From positions 1 to 26,144 of the IMG/VR virus record IMGVR_UViG_3300010401_000032: a DNA stretch of 26,144 nucleotides; one strand, written 5' to 3'. This document shows positions 23,170 to 26,144 of the stretch, in pieces. A program made the position numbers and the translations under genes. Origin of the DNA: a virus (Duplodnaviria > Heunggongvirae > Uroviricota > Caudoviricetes). Below the pieces are notes generated by a model. That model did no database searches. It was not told where the DNA came from and worked only from the letters and a program-made list of their open reading frames with translations. The stretch's first letter is position 1. Every line of letters begins with the position of its first letter.

Positions 23170-23300
23170 AAGTCCAATGTTATTCTTCCGCTTCCTACCG
23201 TCAATACTCAGGCTGCGATTTTATCAACTGACCGGAATATCAACGGTCGTCAGTTGCGTTGTTCGCTCTTTCAAAGCACACTACGGCAGGCGTTCGACTG
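23170..23300 (-). ncRNA. Candidate structured RNA 3' of the HNH gene
   Basis: Multibranch fold whose G-U pairs and GAAA tetraloop form only on the minus strand. Confidence 0.45.
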
Positions 23301-23306
23301 TCGGGC

Positions 23307-23777
23307 TCATATTGGGTCAACCGAACGCCATGCTTTATAATTCACAATATCTGTAATTGTTGATTTGCCCACCCTGTAAAACTCGGCTATCGTTTTATGT
23401 TTTACTCCATTTGAAGCCATCTCACGTATTGATATAACTTTATCCCGCGAGAGTTTAGCAAACGGATTACTTTCTCCAAGATGTCTACCGTTTTTATGAC
23501 GACCTTTTCGCATCTTGTCACTTACATTATCTGCATTAGTGCCAAGAAACAAATGATCCGGTCGTACGCATGCACGATTGTCACACTTGTGGCAAACACA
23601 CATACCTTCTGGTATCGCACCAAAGTGTATAATCCATGCAATACGGTGGGCACGAACTGTTTTCTGATTGTAATAGAACTGGCCGTATCCCTTAGAATGT
23701 TTATTACCTATCCAATTCCAGCATTCGGCAGTTTTATCTACCCTTTCCCAGAATTTGTCGAGCGTAATTTGATCCAT
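23307..23777 (-). CDS. HNH (His-Me finger) homing endonuclease with C-terminal HTH
   Basis: CWNW.G....[29 protein letters not shown]; C-terminal NPFAKLS...HTH. Confidence 0.92.
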   Translation of the reverse strand: MDQITLDKFWERVDKTAECWNWIGNKHSKGYGQFYYNQKTVRAHRIAWIIHFGAIPEGMCVCHKCDNRACVRPDHLFLGTNADNVSDKMRKGRHKNGRHLGESNPFAKLSRDKVISIREMASNGVKHKTIAEFYRVGKSTITDIVNYKAWRSVDPI

Positions 23778-23790
23778 CAGACACGTTGAA

Positions 23791-23868
23791 TGGTGGCAGG
23801 GACGAGATTCGCACTCGTGGTCTCCTCCTTATGAGGGAGGCGTCGTAGCTAGACTGGACTACCCTGCT
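23791..23868 (-). tRNA. tRNA with CAU anticodon (Met/fMet/Ile2 unresolved), CCA encoded
   Basis: Full 78-nt cloverleaf: acceptor GCAGGG/CCCUGC, anticodon arm CCUCC-CUCAUAA-GGAGG, T arm ACGAG-UGCGAAU-CUCGU, 3' ACCA. Confidence 0.9.
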
Positions 23869-23874
23869 AATTAT

Positions 23875-23903
23875 ATTATATCTCAAAGAACAAGGAAAGT
23901 CAA
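23875..23903 (-). promoter_or_regulatory. Sigma-70 promoter for the tRNA
   Basis: TTGACT-17-TATAAT; predicted +1 equals tRNA nucleotide 1. Confidence 0.85.
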
Positions 23904-23939
23904 CACTATTCCAAGTTTTTGGCGATTAATCACAACTTT

Positions 23940-24007
23940 GCTTTAAAAAGCAGGCCGGCGACCACGGCCAGTCGTGACTAATTTGGGCTCGTCAATTCCC
24001 TTCCGCG
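23940..24007 (-). ncRNA. Candidate ~65-nt sRNA
   Basis: Promoter TTGACA(24042)-17-TACTAT(24014); GGCCG/CGGCC hairpin plus UGCUUUUU; no ORF. Confidence 0.45.
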
Positions 24008-24102
24008 ACCAGTATAGTACACCAAGACGCCTGAGTTGTCAAGATTTTTCTTTTTTAAGCTCCACACTTGACAAACTACTAAACCTACGCTATAGTAAGA
24101 GA

Positions 24103-24150
24103 CATCTTGTCGCACCTGAAACTTAGAGGCTAAGTAGCTGGCGACTTTTA
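24103..24150 (+). ncRNA. Candidate ~50-nt sRNA
   Basis: Promoter TTGACA(24068)-17-TATAGT(24096); GUCGC/GCGAC outer stem enclosing ACUUAG/CUAAGU, then UUUU. Confidence 0.45.
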
Positions 24151-24193
24151 CATTTCGCGAACCCAGATCTTACAACCATTCCAAGCAAAAAAG

Positions 24194-24221
24194 TTGCCCG
24201 TCCTTTAGGACGAGCTATAAT
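24194..24221 (+). promoter_or_regulatory. Sigma-70 promoter with palindromic spacer
   Basis: TTGCCC-16-TATAAT-8nt-ATG; CGTCCT-TT-AGGACG. Confidence 0.8.
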
Positions 24222-24229
24222 AAACACCC

Positions 24230-24400
24230 ATGAAGACATACATAGCCAGCATGATACGAGTGACCATTCTTTTTGCCCTTCTACGGGTATTTGGGGAGGC
24301 GACTGAGACGGCACTTATCATGGTGTTTGGATGGGAGATACTGAATAGGGCATGCGAGATAAAGGATATTGTGGCGGCGGCAAAAGAAAGTAAAGTTTAG
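24230..24400 (+). CDS. 56-aa membrane microprotein MKTYIASMIRVTILFALL...
   Basis: Not in track; promoter-proximal; paralog at 24615. Confidence 0.7.
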   Translation: MKTYIASMIRVTILFALLRVFGEATETALIMVFGWEILNRACEIKDIVAAAKESKV

Positions 24401-24432
24401 TGTGTGCGTAGCTGACTTATGTTTTAACTATT

Positions 24433-24612
24433 ATGTATAACGAAGCTGTCCACATTAAAGTTTATTCTGACCAAGACCTACAATCCTACGAGGATGATTG
24501 GGCTGTCGAGGGCTGTCCTATTTGCCTCTCTCGTAAGCCTCCCCTCTGGCATAAGAAGTCCATCAAATGTAGAGAGTGTTCTTATATGGAAGTTTTTGAG
24601 AAAGAGCTTTAA
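24433..24612 (+). CDS. 59-aa Zn-ribbon protein
   Basis: CPIC...CREC; not in track. Confidence 0.65.
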   Translation: MYNEAVHIKVYSDQDLQSYEDDWAVEGCPICLSRKPPLWHKKSIKCRECSYMEVFEKEL

Positions 24613-24614
24613 AT

Positions 24615-24752
24615 ATGAAAGACTACATAGTCTCTATCTTGGCAGTAATCGTCCTTTCATGGGTACTGCACCGGTTAGGAGCATCGGGAGAAGTTGCCTG
24701 GATCATGGGATTTGGATTGGTAGTATTGTGGAAGCTATGCGGCGGAAAATAG
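24615..24752 (+). CDS. 45-aa membrane microprotein MKDYIVSILAVIVLSWVL...
   Basis: Not in track; paralog of 24230. Confidence 0.7.
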   Translation: MKDYIVSILAVIVLSWVLHRLGASGEVAWIMGFGLVVLWKLCGGK

Positions 24753-24874
24753 AGTCTAAAATCCTGGACTTACAACAGGAGCTTGACTACATTACACACC
24801 CCGTCTCTCGTTCTATTCTTCTAAACAAGATTCGTATGTTACAGTGGGTTTTAGATGAGCTTGAAAAAGAATAG
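24737..24874 (+). CDS. 45-aa helical protein, LxWVL family
   Basis: C-terminal part of track ORF 24494..24874: MRRKIESKILDLQQEL...LQWVLDELEKE. Confidence 0.7.
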   Translation: MRRKIESKILDLQQELDYITHPVSRSILLNKIRMLQWVLDELEKE

Positions 24875-24884
24875 TCGCTATTAT

Positions 24885-25040
24885 ATGGCTAACTGGGAAT
24901 ACGTAGACTGCTACGGCGTCATTCGTACCCGTGGCTTCCGTATTGTCCGCCGCTTCAAAAACCGAGCATATAAGACCATCGCCTATTTCCCTCTACATCA
25001 GGCTAGATTGGCCAAACGCATTCTGAAAGGCTTAGAATAG
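24885..25040 (+). CDS. 51-aa basic hypothetical protein
   Basis: Track frame 24855; start ATG 24885. Confidence 0.6.
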   Translation: MANWEYVDCYGVIRTRGFRIVRRFKNRAYKTIAYFPLHQARLAKRILKGLE

Positions 25041-25041
25041 C

Positions 25042-25254
25042 ATGAAGTTTAAATATAAGTTACAGCATAAGATCCTCGAACTAGAAGAGGAATGGGAAGA
25101 ATTCACGAAGTCTGGCGACGAGCGAGCCGATTCCGTGAAAGTCCATATCCTTTGTGGTAGGTTGGATTCTTTAAGGTGGGCCGCAGAAGAGCTTAAAAAG
25201 GATAAGAATGTCATTGGCCCTATTACAGACGACGAACTCCGAGGAATTTATTAA
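25042..25254 (+). CDS. 70-aa helical protein, LxWVL family
   Basis: KLQHKILELEEE...LRWAAEELKK. Confidence 0.7.
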   Translation: MKFKYKLQHKILELEEEWEEFTKSGDERADSVKVHILCGRLDSLRWAAEELKKDKNVIGPITDDELRGIY

Positions 25255-25388
25255 TGAGCTTAAGATCTAAAATCGAAGCAGAAATCGCCCGAATAGACTC
25301 TATTCGAACCGACAACGAAGCCGCCCAGTTGATACATCGTGGTTCTCTCATTGGTCTTAGGTGGGTGCTTGAAAGGCTTGAAGAATGA
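25254..25388 (+). CDS. 44-aa helical protein, LxWVL family
   Basis: Not in track: MSLRSKIEAEIARID...LRWVLERLEE; TAATG/ATGA coupling. Confidence 0.72.
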   Translation: MSLRSKIEAEIARIDSIRTDNEAAQLIHRGSLIGLRWVLERLEE

Positions 25389-25771
25389 CTTTAAAGAATA
25401 AGATAAATAATAAGATTAATACTATTCTGGCTGACAAAGGCCGTGGCGGCCTCGTTGCTTATAGTAAAGAACAAATTGCCGTCGTTAGTGCTTTAAATTG
25501 GGTATTAGATGAACTTCTAGAGGAAGAGCATCCTTGTTCTAAGATTGACTTTAAGAGTGAATTAGAAGGCTTACAAAATGATTTAGTCTTTATCTTCCAA
25601 GATCTATGCGATAACAACTCTGAATTTAGAGCACAAGGCGAATGTAATCTTAATGGTCTAGTTGACCGAATTCAAATTCTATCGTTTTTAAAGCGTGGTA
25701 TTCCTATCTCAGAAATAGTGACTGATTCACCTCATGGGGGAGCCTTAATTGAAAGGCTTGAAAAGCAATGA
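25385..25771 (+). CDS. 128-aa protein with N-terminal LxWVL unit
   Basis: MTLKNKINNKI...LNWVLDELLEE plus a C-terminal extension. Confidence 0.72.
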   Translation: MTLKNKINNKINTILADKGRGGLVAYSKEQIAVVSALNWVLDELLEEEHPCSKIDFKSELEGLQNDLVFIFQDLCDNNSEFRAQGECNLNGLVDRIQILSFLKRGIPISEIVTDSPHGGALIERLEKQ

Positions 25772-25944
25772 ATTACGTTACACTCTATTTCCTTACGGGA
25801 CTTCTACTGGCCATCTACGCACGCTGGGATAGTGGTTGGCAAATGGCAATTGGTGAATATTTATTGATTATCGCATTTTGGCCAATAGGCGTTCTGGTAG
25901 TCATTGGCTCATACATTCAAGATTTTCTAAATATAGAGCTTTAA
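25768..25944 (+). CDS. 58-aa two-TM membrane protein
   Basis: Not in track: MNYVTLYFLTGLLLAIYARW...YLLIIAFWPIGVLVV. Confidence 0.7.
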   Translation: MNYVTLYFLTGLLLAIYARWDSGWQMAIGEYLLIIAFWPIGVLVVIGSYIQDFLNIEL

Positions 25945-26100
25945 ATGATAACTTATCTTTTAATCGGCATAGCTCTGACTATCCTCGAAAGACTCAGGTG
26001 GGGTCCTATACCGATCGCCATGTATGTTTTAATCACTGTCGCGTGGCCAGTTTTTCTTATCGTTGTATGTTTACACTGGTCCTTTAAATACAAGTTATGA
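25945..26100 (+). CDS. 51-aa two-TM membrane protein (paralog of 25768)
   Basis: Not in track: MITYLLIGIALTILERLRW...YVLITVAWPVFLIVV. Confidence 0.7.
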   Translation: MITYLLIGIALTILERLRWGPIPIAMYVLITVAWPVFLIVVCLHWSFKYKL

Positions 26101-26144
26101 TGACATAATTACATGCTTAAGTTACCAAAAATTGACGCAAAAGA

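Noticed and set aside
22848-23300. HDV-like/theta ribozyme, group I intron, RNase P or HEARO/IscB interpretation
   Set aside because: The P1/P3-like pairing lacks P2 and P1.1; no P7 core; GAAAGTCC is on the wrong strand for the favoured fold; the HNH is a small His-Me type without RuvC or PLMP.
23988-24002. AAGGGAATTGACG resembles the 16S rRNA 926 region
   Set aside because: Only about 10 matching nt with no flanking rRNA; plausible by chance.
10750-24221. Frpo-like ssDNA promoters as the explanation for the palindromes
   Set aside because: The arms pair the spacer, not the -35/-10 boxes, so a duplex promoter would not be rebuilt as in Frpo.
1-26144. CRISPR array, integrase, transposase or rRNA
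   Set aside because: No regularly spaced direct repeats or diagnostic motifs found by eye.

Overview
Most likely a 26-kb segment of a large tailed-phage genome: dense small genes, T4 NrdC.11-like, HNH, tRNA and Macro/SLOG genes, no housekeeping operons. Four blocks. (1) 1-2366, minus strand: a partial glycosyltransferase, an HTH/coiled-coil protein and a sigma-70-like protein. (2) 2615-10712, plus strand, AT-rich: secreted metzincin, Macro domain, dCMP deaminase, HDHPW cupin, YspA-SLOG, outer-membrane beta-barrel, NrdC.11/RlaP-type nucleotidyltransferase, metallophosphoesterase and AAA ATPase. (3) About 10750-22370, GC-richer and mostly minus strand: about 40 tiny genes under many near-consensus sigma-70 promoters, resembling an early/host-takeover module. 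Many of these genes are leaderless (ATG 6 nt after the -10 box), most promoters overlap their own inverted repeat, and several start codons carry a covarying boxB-like GAAGA/GAAUA hairpin. (4) 22400-26144: an island of promoter-driven, ORF-less structured RNAs around a leaderless, atypical tRNA-CAU and an HNH endonuclease, followed by tandem paralogous microproteins. About 25 genes reported here are absent from, or re-started relative to, the supplied ORF track. All family assignments are from motif recognition by eye; no searches were run.
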